Below, in pieces: positions 21,383 to 33,917 of a DNA stretch of 64,000 nucleotides (the stretch's first letter is position 1; every line of letters begins with the position of its first letter). The stretch lies in assembly GCA_014905635.1 (NCBI GenBank), contig JABVCE010000005.1:1364001-1428000 (forward strand). Reading direction: 5' to 3'. A model generated the notes under the pieces. The model was not told where the DNA came from. It searched no databases and saw nothing but the letters and a program-made list of their open reading frames with translations. This stretch comes from Scenedesmus sp. PABB004. Its lineage: Eukaryota. The position numbers and the translations under genes were made by a program.

Positions 21383-22555
21383 ATGTGTTCCTCTTCGCGC
21401 GACCGCGAGCTGCCCGCGGACCGGCCGCAGCCGCACCGTGGCACCGGCGTCTTCATACGCCTCAGGCCGTCCGCAGACGAGCAGCCTGTGGGCGAGGCGG
21501 GCGCGGCGGTGGAGCGCAGCGCCACGAGCTGCCCGAGCTTCTCGCCGCCGCTCCTGGGGCTGCCGGCGGCCGGCGACGCGCCCCGGCGCAGCGCCGAGCT
21601 GCCGCGCCCGGCCAGCGCCGGCGGCGGGCCCGCTGCGCAGCTCGGCTGGCCGGGGGCGGGCCGCGCGGCGAGTCACCTCGCCCGCGGGTGTGACTCAGTC
21701 ACGCCTGGCAGCCCGCCGTCGGAGGAGGTGTGCATCACGGCGAGCATGTGGGCGCCCGACGCGGCGCGCGGCGCCGGCTGCGTTCGGAGCGCGCAGAGCG
21801 CAGGCGACGAGCTGGGCTACTTCTCGCTGGCGCCCCGGCAGCCGCGCGGCGGCTCGCCGCTCGGCGCGGGCGGCTGGCCCGCGCCGCGCTGCGCCGGCGG
21901 CAGCCCGCCGCCCGCCGGCGGCGCGCTGTGCGCGACGCTCGACGCGCAGCTCGCGGCGGCGGCGGCCGAGGGCGCGCGCGCGCGTGCGCCCGCGGCGCGG
22001 CTCGCGTCGGCGTACAGCTGCCCCGCGCCGCTGCCGGCGGCGCCGTGGGGGTCGGCGATCGCTGACGCGGCCGCCCCGTTCTGGCTCAGCGAGCAGCTGC
22101 CGACGTGGAGCCTGGACCAGCAGGTGCAGGCGCTGGAGGAGGAGGAGGCGGAGCAGCTCAGCATGCTGCTCGCCATCGACGGCCAGCTGCAGCGCCTGCT
22201 CGCGCTGCGCGAGCGGCTCGGCGCCGCAGCGGCGCCGCCGCCGGCGTTGCCGAGCGCTTCGGCGCGGCACCCGTTTGCCGACGCCGGCGCCGCCGGCGTT
22301 GCCCCGCTTGGCGGCGCGGGCGCCGTGGGGGGCTACCTCGACGTCCACGGCGCCACGGCGCTCCAGCACCGCATGTGCATGACCGCCGCGGCGCACCGCG
22401 CGTGCGAGGCGGCGGCGCCGCTCGACGACGAGCTGCAGCACAAGCTGCAGGAGCTGCTGGCGGTCCAGGCGGCGCAGATGGAGCTGCAGGCGGAGCTGCT
22501 GCAGCTGCTGGCCGCCGGCCAGCTGCCGCCGGGCGGCGGCGCGCACAGCATCTGA
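21383..22555 (+). CDS. Hypothetical low-complexity protein with C-terminal coiled-coil segments
   Basis: Single ORF with coding-like codon use in its 3' half and heptad-like LDQQVQALEEEE..LQRLLALRERL and DELQHKLQELL..LLQLL. No family recognised; start uncertain. Confidence 0.55.
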   Translation: MCSSSRDRELPADRPQPHRGTGVFIRLRPSADEQPVGEAGAAVERSATSCPSFSPPLLGLPAAGDAPRRSAELPRPASAGGGPAAQLGWPGAGRAASHLARGCDSVTPGSPPSEEVCITASMWAPDAARGAGCVRSAQSAGDELGYFSLAPRQPRGGSPLGAGGWPAPRCAGGSPPPAGGALCATLDAQLAAAAAEGARARAPAARLASAYSCPAPLPAAPWGSAIADAAAPFWLSEQLPTWSLDQQVQALEEEEAEQLSMLLAIDGQLQRLLALRERLGAAAAPPPALPSASARHPFADAGAAGVAPLGGAGAVGGYLDVHGATALQHRMCMTAAAHRACEAAAPLDDELQHKLQELLAVQAAQMELQAELLQLLAAGQLPPGGGAHSI

Positions 22556-23236
22556 GGGCGATTGGCGTGCCAGGCGCAGCGCAGCGCGCATGGGCGTCCT
22601 GCGCGGCGTGCCAGAGTGGCGGCGGGGCATCTCACTAGCCGTGATCCGTGCGCGCCCGTGTGAACGAGGCGCGGGGTGGGCTGGTTGGTCTGGCGCAACA
22701 CGCCTGCACTTGGTCGCGCGGTCGAGCGTGGGCGGCGCTGCACTTGCGCGCGCCCCGCACGCACACACTTGTTGCTTGGTTGTACAACTACTACGGTTTC
22801 AAGAACTGCGGCGCCCCAGCGCCGTCACAGGATCGGTGGGCCGGCACGACGGGCGCGATTTCCTTGCTGAGCTTCCAGCACGTTCATGATGATAGCTGCG
22901 CAGCCGCCTTGTGCTGCCTCGATCGGCCCCCACACGCACTGCCGCTGTTGCTTTGTGGCGTTGCTTTTGGCACTTCGCACGCGCGCGTGCGCGACCGCGT
23001 TGCGGTGCTGCTGCCGCGGTTCCAGCCGCCGCACAGCGCCGCACGAACGGCTGGCGTGAGCCGAGGGCTACGCCCGAACTTGGCCCCGCAGTCCACGGGC
23101 TGTACTGCATGTACTAGCTGCGCGGGGAAAAGCAGCGAGGTAACAACGCATGCGAGCACCTGCAACGCCCTGGGCCTAGAGCCGCGCGCGCCAACTCCCA
23201 ACTCCACCGCCGCCGCCACTCCGCCGCGCGCGCGCC

Positions 23237-26200
23237 TCAGCGCCAGCTGCCCTGGCGCAGCATGATCCGCCGGAAGAGCGCGTCCGCGTCGCCGGCGACG
23301 GCGACGTGCGGCGCCGCGGGCCCGCCGCCCCCCGGGCCCGCGCCAAGCACGGCGCTGCCCGGCACCAGCGGCGCGCCAGTCGCCCACGCGGCGGCGGCGG
23401 CCTCGTAGGCGACGCCGTCCTCAAACCCGACCGCCCCGCCCCGCCGTGCTGCGGCGTCGCCGCCGCGGCGCCGGCGGCGCGACAGGCGCCCGCCGCCCGC
23501 GGCCAGGCGGCGCATCGCAGCCGCCGGCGCCGCGGCCGCCGCGGCCGCGAGCGAACGCGCCAGGCCGGCGGCGCCACCGGCGCGCGGCGCCTGCTTGGCG
23601 CCCTGCGGCGCCTGCTTGGCGCTGCCGCCCGGGGGCGCCTCTGCTGCGCCGGCCAGGCCGAGCAGCAGCAGGCCGGCGCCCAGCCGCAGTGTGGCTGCGA
23701 GCGCGGCCGCGTCGCCGCCCCGGCGGGCCTCGCCGCCGCCGTCGCCGCTGCCGCCGCCGCCCCGGCCAGCCGGCAGCAGCAGCAGGCTCAGCGTGCGCGC
23801 GCCGCCACGCACCGCTGCGCGGCCGAGCCGCGCGCCGCGCCCGCCGAGGTGCTTGAGCCGCGCGCCCAGCGCCGCCGCCGCGCCGCCGCGCCCCGCGCCT
23901 TGCGCGCCGCGCGCCACGTCGTCGGGGTGCGGCAGCGACGTCGACACGCCGGCCGCGCCCGCCGCGGCGTGCGCGACCGTCGACGCCGCGTGCGCGGTCT
24001 TGTGCGCGACGTCGGCGCCCGCCTCGGCGGCGTGCACCGCAGTGACGGCCATCTCCTTGACCTCGTGCACGGGCTGCAGCGGTCGCGGCCGCGGCGCGGG
24101 TGCCGGCGGTTTGGCGCGGCGGGCGGGCGGGCAGCGGCGCGCGCGGCCAGTGGCGGCGCGGCCGCCTCACGAGCTTCCACAGCAGGGCATATGAGTACCA
24201 CGACACGCCCGCGACGACCACCACCGCCAGCCAGCCCTGCAGCGAGGAGCGGCGGGGCACGCGCGTGAGTGAGCGCGTGAGTGAGCGCCGAGTGGTGCGC
24301 GGTCAGGGGCGGGCACCGGCCCCACTCACCTGCAGCACGAGCTGCGCGAGCTTCCCGGGCGTGAGGCGGTGCAGCCAGCCGAGGCCCCAGCCCCAGCCGC
24401 CGCCGCCGCCGCCGCCGCCGCCCCCGCCTCTGCCGCCGCCGCCAGGCGCGGGGCCCCAGCCCCGGCCGCCGCCCCGCCCGCCGCCGGCGCCGCCGAGGCC
24501 GCCGCCACCGAGCCCAGCCGCGCCGCCGCCGCCACTGCCGCCGGCGAGCAGCTGCTTCACGAGCTGCTCCTGCTGCCGGCGGGTCAGGTCGGTTCCGCTG
24601 GCGCCGGCACCGGCGCGCTTGCTGTAGCTGAGCGCCTGGCCGCCCTGCCGCCCGAGCACCCCTGGCACGCCAGGGGCGGCGGGCGGCCGGCTGCGCACGC
24701 CAGCGCCACGCGCAGCGCCGCCAGCCGCCAGCTGAGCCTGGGCGTCGCTGATGGTCGACTCCAGCTCATCCAGCTCGCGGCGCAGCCCGTCCAGCGCCTG
24801 GCCGTGCTGCTGCAGCGCGCTGCCGCCGCTGCCCCTGTGCGCGCCGGGGTGCGCGGCGGCCGCGCCGGGCTGCGCGGCCGCCGCTGGGGTCGCGGCACGC
24901 GCGCCTGCCCCGGCGCCGCCGCCGCCGTCGCCGCCAGTGCCGGCCGCGCCCGGCGCCGGCGGCACGGCGCTGTGCGCGACTGCGCCCGCCTTGCCGACGC
25001 CTTCGGCCCAGGAGGCAGCCAGGCCGCCGGCGCGCGGCGCCGGCGGTGCCGCCGCCGCCGGGCGGCGCTCCGCGCCGAGCAGCTCCACCTCCAGCTTTGC
25101 CAGCTGCCGCGCCAACTGCTCCTTGAGCCGCGCGCGGGCGTGCATCGCCTCGTGCAGGCGGCCCAGCAGCTCAAGCGGGCTGCCAGAGCCCCGCCCTGCG
25201 CTGCCCAGCAGGCCGGCGCCCGCTGCAGCCGCCGGCGCTGGGCCAGAGACCGGGCTGCGCCGCGCCTGGCGCGGCGGCGCGGGCGCGGCGGCGCGCGCCT
25301 GCTCCGGCGCCGCCTCGCCTTGTGCCTCGCCCTGGTTGCCGCCGGGCACAACAGCGTCGGGCGCCTCCCACGCCGCCAGGGAGTCCGCGCCCTGCCTGCT
25401 GTCGGCGGGGCCAAGCTGCAGCATGGAGCGCACGTCGCGCTGCACCGCGCTGATCCAGCCGTGCCGCGCCGGCGTGCCGCTGGCGCCCTCCGCGCCAGCC
25501 GCCGCGCCGGCCACCGCGCGTGAGGCGCCCGCCGCCGCCTCGGCCGCGTGCGTGGCCGCCGCGCCGCCCGCCTGGCCGACGGCGGCCACGCCGCCCGCCG
25601 CCGCATCAACCGCCTGCGCTTGCGCCAGCCAAATGCCGTTGCCCACGCCGGCCGCAAAGGCACCAAGCCCGCTCAGCGGCCCCTGCGCCTCAGCGCCCAC
25701 CTCTGGCACGGCGGGCAGGGCGCCCGCGAGGCGCTTGTCCAGCCGGTGCGCCTGGCTGTGGCGTGGCTGGGCGTGGCCGGCGCTCGGCGCCCCGCCCTGC
25801 ACCTCGCGGGGCGGCGCCGGCCCGGCGGCGCCGAGCGGGCCGACGGGCCGCGCACTGACCTGCAGCGTCCTGCCACCGCCGACCAGCGCTGCGGCCAGGG
25901 GCCGACCTGTGCGGGCCGCGTCGTGTGAGCCGCTGCCGCTGCCGCCGCCGCCCGGCAGGGCCTGCTGTGCCGCCAATGCCAGCTCCGAGGCTGCGCCAGC
26001 GGCGCCGCCGGCCAGCGCCCGAGCGGCCCTGACCGATGCGCCTGCCGCCGCCGCCGTAGCGGAGGCAGAGGCGGCCGCGACCGAGCCCGCCGCCTGCCCC
26101 GCGCGCGCCGTGGCGGCTGGCAGCTGCGTCGTGACGGCCCAGCCCAGCGCCCGAGCGGCCGCGCGCGAGGGCTGCAGCAGCACACGCCAGCCGGCGGCGG

Positions 26201-29040
26201 CCAGCAGCCCGAGCGCAGCAGCGACGACGCGGCGCGTGGCGCTCTGACCGAGCGCCAGCGACACGCGCAGCAGGGCCGCCAGGCCTGCGGCGCGTGGCAG
26301 TGCGAGGGTTGGCGAGCGATACATGCGAGCAGGGCCAGCGACGTGCAGCGCGGCGGCTGCACCCCACCTGTTGCGAGCTTGGTGAGCGCACGCAGGAGCG
26401 CCGCCGCGCCGGCCGCCCCCTTGCGGCTGAGCGCCGCCGCGCCTGCCGCCGCCTGCCGCGCCCCCGCTGACGCGAGCCTGCCGCCCTGCCTGGCCAGCGC
26501 GGCCGAGGCGGTCTTGCCGGAGGCGCCGACCTGCTCCGCCGCCGCCCTGCCGGACGCCGCCGCCGCCTGCGCCGCTGCCGCGCCCGTGTCGGCGAGCTCG
26601 CGCGCCGCGGCCGCGCCGCTCTCCTGCAGCGTGCGCGCCGCCGAGCCGCCCGACGCAGCCAGCTGCTGCGCAGCCTCGCTCGCGAGGCTGGCGGCGCGCG
26701 CAGCCGCCGCAGCGCTGCTGCTGCTGACGCCCTGCGCTGCGCCGCCCACGCCCGCCGCAGCCCGGCGCGCGGCCGCGGCAGCTGCGCTCGAGGCCTCGCG
26801 CGCCGCGCGCCCCGCCGCCGCGCTGCCCGTGCCCAGCCGCTGTCCCGCCACCTCCGGGTGCTGGCCGGCGCCTCGCTCAGCTGCAAGCTCTGCTGCAAGC
26901 TCAGCCGCCGTGTCGCCCTCCAGCTCGGGCCCCGGCCCGGGAGCCCCACGCGCCGCCTCGCTCCCCGCGCCGGCCGTCTCGCCCGCGGCCGCCTCCAGCG
27001 CTGCGAACCTGCCGCCCTCCACGCCCTCAGGGCCAGCTGCCAGCTCAGCGCGCGTGAGCCCGCCCGCCGCCGGCGGCGGCGGCGCGCCGGGCGGCCCTGC
27101 CGCGGCCGCGCCGCCGCTCTCTGCCATCAGGCGCTCCTCCTCGCTCGCCCATGCGCCGCTGCTGGCGCCGGCGTCCGCGCCCGCGCCAGCGTCCGCGCCC
27201 GCCTGTGCGCCAGGGCCGCCGCTGTCACCGCCAGCCTGGCTCGCCCGCGGTGAGGCTGGCGGCACGGCCGCGGCGCCGGCGGGCAGCTCAGCGGGGGCCA
27301 GGCGCGGCGGGGAGGGCTCACCCGCCTCGGCCGCCTGCCCGCCCTGCGCAAGGGCGGCGCGGCCCTGCTCTGCAGCCTGAGTCCCGGCCGCCTCAGCCGC
27401 CGCACCCTCCATGCTGATCTCCTGGCCGGGGCGCGGCGCTGCTGCCGTGGGGCCAGCACCAGCGCCGCGCGCCTCGCGGCCCGTGCCGGCTGTGGAGCCG
27501 CCCACGTCGCCTGCAGCGGCGTCGGGCTGCGCTGGCAGCGCCGCGCGCATCGCCTCGCCCGCCGACGCGGTCGCGCGCAGCCCGGGCGAGGGCGCGTCAA
27601 CGTGCGGGCTGGCAGCCCCCGTCCCCCCGCCGCTGACGCCGCCAGCGGGGCCGGCGGCGCCCTCGTCGCCAGCCGTCTCGCCCGCGGCCGCCTCCAGCGC
27701 TGCGAACCTGCCGCCCTCCACGCCCTCAGGGCCCGCGGCCAGCTCAGCGCGCGTGAGCCCGCCCGCCGCCGGCGGCGGCGGCACGCCGGGCGGCCTTGCT
27801 GCGGCCGCTCCGCTGCTCTCTGCCATCAGGCGCTCCTCCTCGCCTGCCCACGCGCCGCTGGCGCCGCCGCTGGCGGCGCCGGCGCCGGCGTCCGAGCCCC
27901 CGCCTGCCGGGCTTGCCGGCGCCTCGGGCTGCGCCTCGGCCAGCACCTCGGGCTGCGGCCTTGGCTGCGCCTCGCGCGGCTGCTGCTGCTCACCCGGGCG
28001 CTCGGAGCTGCCTGCGCCGCTGGAGGGCTCGCCGCCCGCGGCGGCGACCACGCCGCCGCTGGCGTGCGCGTGCCCACCGTCGGCTGCTGCAGGCCCAGTT
28101 GGCTCCGCCTTGCGCGCCACCTCGGAGGCCTCCAGCGAGGGCCAGTGCGGCTCGTTCAGGGACTGAATGAAGCTCGCCGAGTCTATGCCCGTCTCGCTGC
28201 GGAAGCCCGCCGCGCGGCACCGGACGTCCGCGAGCAGCGCGTCCGTCGCAGCCGCGGCGGCCACCTCGCCCGTCGCCGCCTCGCGCTCCGCCGCCGCGGC
28301 GGCGGTCTCGAGCGCGCGGCGCGCGGGCGCGGCGCCGGGGCCGCCCCCGCCGCCGCGCCGGCGGCCTCCGCCGCGTGCGCAAGCGCGGCGCACTCTGCCG
28401 CGTCGAGGTGCGGCGCCGAGGCCGCCAGCGCGTCGGCGAGCGCGCCGCCGGCAGCGGCGTCGCCGGCCTCGTCCGAGCGGTCGCGCTCGCCGCCGCCGGC
28501 CGGCGGGGGCGGCGCGGGGTCGGGCGGCGGCGCGGGGTCGGGCGGGGGCGCGGGGTCGGGGCGGTGCGGCTCCGGGCTGTCGGGCCGGCCGGGCGGCGCC
28601 TCGGCGCCGCCCTCCTCGCCTGGGGCCCCCGCGTCGCCGTCGGGGGCGCCGCCCGGCGGCGGCGCGCCGGCCGCAGCGGCGGCGCCGCGCTCGCCGGCGC
28701 CGAGCGACCCCTCGGGCGGTGGCATGGGCGGCGGCTTGGCCTTGCCGCGCCACCTGGGGCCGGCAAAGCCCCTGCCGGGGGCGCCGCCAGCGGCAGCGGG
28801 GCCCTCGGCGCCGCCGCTCGCGCCCGGCCCGTCGCGGCGTCGCGCGGCGAGCGCGGCGACGCGGGCGCGCGCCGGCGGCGCGCGCCGGCGGCGCGTCTTG
28901 GCGCTTCCGGCGAGCAGCGTGGGGCAGGCGGACGCCCGCACGGCCGCTGCGGGCGCCGCGCCGCGTGCGGCGCGCCCTGGCAGCGGCGCCGCGCCGCCGC
29001 CGGCGGCGCTCCACGGCGCCAGGGCTGCCACGGGGCGCAT
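23237..29040 (-). CDS. Large Ala/Gly-rich hypothetical protein with an internal repeat and hydrophobic segments; apparent frameshift at about 28325-28365
   Basis: Transit-like start at 29040. Long open frame to a GT donor near 26367; further exons about 26284-24330, 24236-24171 (TM-like GWLAVVVVAGVSWYSYALLWKL) and 24073-23237, with canonical junctions. Confidence 0.6.
26973..27894. repeat. Two direct copies of a ~200-bp coding repeat (about 26973-27177 and 27672-27894)
   Basis: Both copies encode GAWA(S/G)EEERLMAES.GAAAA.PPG.PPPPAAGGLTRAELAAGPEGVEGGRFAALEAAAGETAG from near-identical DNA. Confidence 0.9.
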
Positions 29041-29320
29041 ACTGGCGCGGCGGGCGCCCAGGAGGCGCGGTCGTGGGGGTGGGGCCGCAGCAGCGGGGCT
29101 GCGGGCGGCGGCGTCGCGGGCGGCGGCAGTGCGCGCGATCGGCCCGCGCGCGGTGGCGCACGCGTGTGTGCGCCCGCCGCGGCCGCGGCCCAGCCAGCGC
29201 GATCGGCGGCTGTGCTGTGCAAGGGCGGCGGGACGACGGTGTGCACGCGCGTGCGCTCGCTCGGGCTCGGGCGCGTCACAACGTTAAACCGCTCAACTCG
29301 CTGACGCCCCGCGCGCAGCC

Positions 29321-30906
29321 TCAAAACTCCGAGTCGTCGCTGTCGTCGTCGGCCGCGCGCCACCAGCTGCCCCACCACGACTGCGCCGCCGCCGGCCGCG
29401 CGCGCGGCTGCGCCGCGCCGCCGCCGGCAGGCGCCGGCGCGGCCTCCTCGCGGCGCTCGCCTGCGGGTTTGGCGGCGAAGAAGGTCGCCGCGCCTGGGTG
29501 AGCCGGCGCCGCCTCCAGCGCCTCACGCGGAGCTGCAGCGCCTGCTGCTGCTGAGCGCCGGAAGTAGGATGACGCGCCCGGGTGCGCCGCCGCCGCGCTG
29601 CCGCCGCGCCCCGGCCTGCTCGCGCCGCCGCCGACGCCGCCGCCTCCGCCGAGCGCCGCCCCGTCGCCGCCGCCAGGCGCGCGCGCCCCTGCGTAGGCCC
29701 TCGGCGCCGCCGCCGCGCTCCGACCGCCACCGCTGCCGCCACCGCCACCGCCGCGGCCGCCCGCCGCCTCACCTGGCGCGCTGGCGGCGGGTGCGCTGCT
29801 GCCGGACGCAGACGCGGCGCCACTGCCGGCCGCGGCCGGGCGCGGCGCGCCTGCGGGCGCGGGCCGGGGCGGGTGGGCGGGGCGCGCGCGCGGCGCGGCG
29901 CCCGCCCCGCAGCGGCAGCTGCCGCGCGGCGCCGTTCGCACCGATGCTGGGGTCCGTCGCCGCGGCGACCACGGCGTCGATATACTCGGCGTTGACGCGC
30001 AGACCGCGCCCGTCCCCGGCGCCGCCCGCAGCACCAGCTGCGGCGGCGGCGGCGGCGAGCAGCGCCTCGGTCTCCTCGCCCGGGTGCGTGAGCAGCGCGA
30101 CGACCGCGGCCTTGGCCGCCTGCTCGTCGCCCTCCTCGTCGCTGCCGCCCTCGCTGCTCCAGCTGTCCAGCGGCGCCGCGGCGGGGCGGGGCGCGGCGGA
30201 GACCTCGGGCGCGGCGGAGGCCTCGGGCGCGGCGTCGCTGGCGCCGCTGGCCGCGCTGCCGGCCGCCTGCTCTGCCGCAGGTGCTGCCGCGGCGCCGCCA
30301 CGCGGCGCGCCCGCCAGCGCGAGGGCCGCCACGATCGCAACCGGGAAGCTGGGCTTTTTGAGCGCGGGCGCCTGGCGGTCCGCCGTGGCGCCGCTGCCCT
30401 CGCCCTCGTCGCGGTAGGCGCGGCGAACTGCCAGCGCCGGGCGGCGGGGTGCTGCGCGCGGCAGCGGCGGCGGCAGTGGTGTCAGCGTTGGTAATCTAGC
30501 AATCTGGCTACTCTGTGGAGTAAACTTTTGCGGGCCGGTAATCTGCACAGAGTACGGGTTTTGAGCGCTGGCAGGGCTGTCTTAATCTGGCACAGCAGGC
30601 CGGCGGTTGCGCCGCCCTGGCCCAGATTGAGCGTCTGCGGGCTCATAAGCTGGCTGGAGTAGGCCCCACAGCAACGCTGACACCACTGGGCGGCGCGCGC
30701 GTCGTCGTCGGCAGCGGCGCAGGGGCGGCTGGCAGCGCCGCTCGCCTCCCACCTGCTAGGGGGAGCCGCCCGACAGCACAGCTGGACGCGCAGGGGCGGG
30801 CGGGGCGCGGGGCGCAGCCCGGCGCGCTCTGCACAACAAAAACCGCTGCCGCCATCGAGGCCGTGGAAGCGTGTGCGGGGCGTGCCGTGTGCGACAGCGC
30901 CTGCAT
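29321..30906 (-). CDS. Hypothetical low-complexity protein. Exons 30906-30753, 30451-29942, 29850-29321
   Basis: ATG at 30906 with a transit-like N-terminus. Phase-compatible GT-AG junctions join AYRDEGEG..KKPSFPVAIVAALALAG..VNAEYIDAVV..SWWGSWWRAADDDSDDSEF*. Confidence 0.6.
30474..30688. mobile_element. Non-autonomous hAT-like MITE (215 bp) in intron 1 of the 29321-30906 gene
   Basis: Perfect 17-bp TIRs CAGTGGTGTCAGCGTTG (30474-30490) and CAACGCTGACACCACTG (30672-30688). Flanks GGCGGCGG/GGCGGCGC match 7 of 8 (candidate 8-bp TSD). The interior is AT-richer with five AATCT/AGATT motifs. Confidence 0.75.
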
Positions 30907-31131
30907 CGACACTGGACGCGCGGGCGGCGGCGCGCGGGGCGGCCAGGCCGCCGCCGTAACGAGTCGCGACGACGCGCCCGTCCCGCTTCCCCTATGCTTG
31001 GCGCGTCCCCACGCGCACACACCACCCGCACGCCCCCGGCACATCGTCCCTGCGGCCGCGCGACAGCAGCGCAAGCCCGCGCCGCGCTCACGGCCGCAGC
31101 AGCGCCGGGCGGCGGCGGCGATGCGCCGTCG

Positions 31132-33917
31132 ATGCGCCGCCTGCGCGCGCCGCTGACGCCCACCATGCTCCTGGGCTGCCCTTCGTCGTCCCTGCTGTCC
31201 ACGATGCGCGGCCGCAAGCGGCGGGCAGCGACGGCGCCGGCCGGCCGCCACGCGCCGAGCGCTGTCGGCGCGCCGCCTTGCGAGGTCCGCGGGCGGCGGC
31301 GGGGCCGCGGCGGTGAGGGTGGCAGGGGACGCTGCGCGCCCCGGGCGCCGCACCCACGCCGCCACTCGCTCCGCCGCCGCGGCCTGCCAGGCCGACGCGG
31401 CCGGCGCGTCGAGCGGCGCGCGCAACTCGGGGGCTTTCCGCTTCTGGCACGAGGAGCGGCGCTTCAAGGGCGGCGCAGAGCGCTGCCTGGTGCAGCAGGC
31501 GCTCTTCGACGCGGGTGCGGCGGCGGCGGCGCGGCTCGCCGCGCCGGGGCCGGTCGCCGCCCCGCGCGCGCTCGGGCGGTGGACCCGAGCGCCGCGCCGC
31601 GCCGCGCCGTGCCGCGCCGCGCCCCAGGCGGCGTGCGCACGGGCGGCTACCCCAAGGCCGCGCCGGTGTCGGGCCCGCTCGGCTTCCAGCGCGGCGGCGA
31701 CTGGGACCTGCTGTGGAGCCCCGCGCGCTCCGCGCTGCGCGCCGTGGGCGGGCTGCGCCCGGGGCAGCTCGTGTCGGCGGTGCCCGGCATGTACAGCCTC
31801 ACCAAAAAGGTGCGGCGGCCCCCGTCCCCGCCGCCACGGCGCTGCTGCCGCCCAAGCAGCAGCAGCCCCGACGCGCCGCACGCCGCACGCCGCTCGCCGC
31901 GCGCCGCCGCCGCCGCAGCGCCGCCTCGGTGTGACGCTGCGCGCCGCGTACGGCGACGCCGCGTGGGCGCTCGTGCCGCACTCGTTCAGCCTGCCGGCCG
32001 AGGCGGGCGCGTGGCGCGCGTGGCTGGACGCGCAGGCGGCGGCCGGCGCCGACCCGGGGCCGTGGATGCTCAAGACGTCGCAGCACCTGGGCAAGGGCCT
32101 CGTGCTGCTCCCAGGAGAGGCGGCCTACGACGCAGCGCAGCAGCCGCGGTGCGGCGGCGGCTGCGGCGGCGGCGGCGGCGGCAGCGCCCACGGCGCTGGT
32201 GGCGCCGGCGGCGGCGGGGCTGGGGCGTGCCCCGCAGCGCGCCGAGCCGCCGCCGCGCCGCCCGCGCCGCCCGCGCCGCCCGTGCCGCCCACGCGCGCGC
32301 AGGCCAGAGGGCGCGAAGCCCTTTGTGCTGGCGCAGCGCTACGTGGCCGACCCGCTGCTCATTGACGGCGCCAAGTTTGGCATCCGCCTCTGGCTGCTCG
32401 TGACGGGCGTGGACCCGTTCACCGCGTACCTGCACTCCCAGGGCCTCGTGCTTTTCAGCACAGACAGGTGCCGCGCCGCGCCGCGCCGCGCCGCGACGCG
32501 CCTGCCGGTGCCCACACGCGCGCGGCACCCACTGCAGCCGCCGCGTGCCGCGCGCCGCCGCCGCAGCTACGACCTGGGCAGCCTCTCGGACGACGGCGGC
32601 GGCGCGGCGCGCGGGCACATCACCAACTATGCCCAAAACGTCAACGGCACGGTCTGGAGCCTCGCCATGCTCAAAGCGCACCTGGGTGCGGGGCCGAGGG
32701 GGAGGCCCACGGCCGCGCCCCGCCTCGTGCCCCCGCTCGGCGCCGCTGCGCGCCGGCGCGCGCCCCGACTCGGCGCGCCCGCGCCGCCCGCGCCGGCAGG
32801 CGCGGAGGCGCACAAGGCCCTGTGGGGGAAGCTCGTGTGCAGCGCCGCGCGCGTCGCGGCCGCCGCGATCGGCGACGTGCGCGCAGAGCACGCGGCCGCG
32901 CGCGCGCCGCCCAACACGACGTTCGAGGTGCGCGCCGCCCCGCTCGCGGCTGCGACACGCTCCGCGCCGCGCCCGCCCCCGCGCCGCCGCCGCCGCCGCC
33001 TGCCGCCGCCGCCGCCTGCCGTTGCCGCTGCCCGCCGTCCGTGCACCGCCGCGCCCACGCCCGCCGCCTCGGCCGCCGTCCCCGTCCGTCGCAGCTGCTG
33101 GGGCTTGACTACCTGGTCGACGCCTCGCTGCACCCCTGGCTGCTCGAGGTCAACGGCACGCCCAGCCTCGCGGTCGAGCACGGGCAGCCGGAGGTCGAGG
33201 CGCTCATACGCGACACCAAGGCGCGGCGCGCCACGCGCGGCGCGCGTGCTGCGCCTGCTGCTTGCTGCTGCCGTGGCAGACGGGCAGCGGCGTGGTCGCG
33301 CGTGCGCCTGGGGCCGCCGCCGACCCGTGCGCGTGCGCGCCCTGCGCCGCCGCCGCGGCCGTCGCCTCCAGGGCGCGATGGTGCGCGACATGGTGGCCCT
33401 GCTGGACGTGCAGCGCCGCTTCCTGCCGCGCTACGGGCAGCTGCAGCCGGGCGTGCGGCTGCCGGCGGCGCAGGCGCGCCGCCTGCAGGCGCTGCTGGCG
33501 GCCGACGACGACGCGCTCGCGCGGCGCCGGCTCGAGGGCGAGCTGCGGCGCCGCGGCGGCTTCCTGCCGCTCATGGCCCACTTCCCGGTGCAGCCCCGCG
33601 CAGCCGGCGTCGGCGACGGCGACGGCGGCAGCGGCGGCGCGGCCGCCGAGCAGCAGGAGCAGCAGCAGCAGCCGGAGCAGCAGCAGCCGGAGCAGCAGGC
33701 GGCGGGCGGCGGCGGCGGCGGCCTGGGCGCGGCGGCCGCAGTCGCCGCGGCCGCCGCGCCGCCGCAGGGCCCCGCGTTCAGCGAGCGCGACCGCTGGGCG
33801 CACGCCATGACCGCCAGGTTTTACAGCAAGCAGCGCAAGCTGCTGGCGGTCCGCCGCAAGCACCGCGCGGCGCAGCAAGAGCAGCGGCCGGCGGCCGCCG
33901 CGGTTGAGGCGGCGTAA
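31132..33917 (+). CDS. Tubulin-tyrosine-ligase family (TTLL, ATP-grasp) protein, 9 exons
   Basis: [99 protein letters not shown] are TTL core motifs. Start uncertain. Confidence 0.9.

Noticed and set aside
22556..23236. AT-richer stretch containing ATGATGA as an ncRNA or transposon
   Set aside because: No D box, terminal stem or TIRs were found. It is adequately explained as convergent 3' UTRs.
23237..29040. EPYC1-like Rubisco linker interpretation of the repeat protein
   Set aside because: The repeats lack the W[R/K]xxL-type Rubisco-binding motif, and the terminal SWR alone is insufficient.
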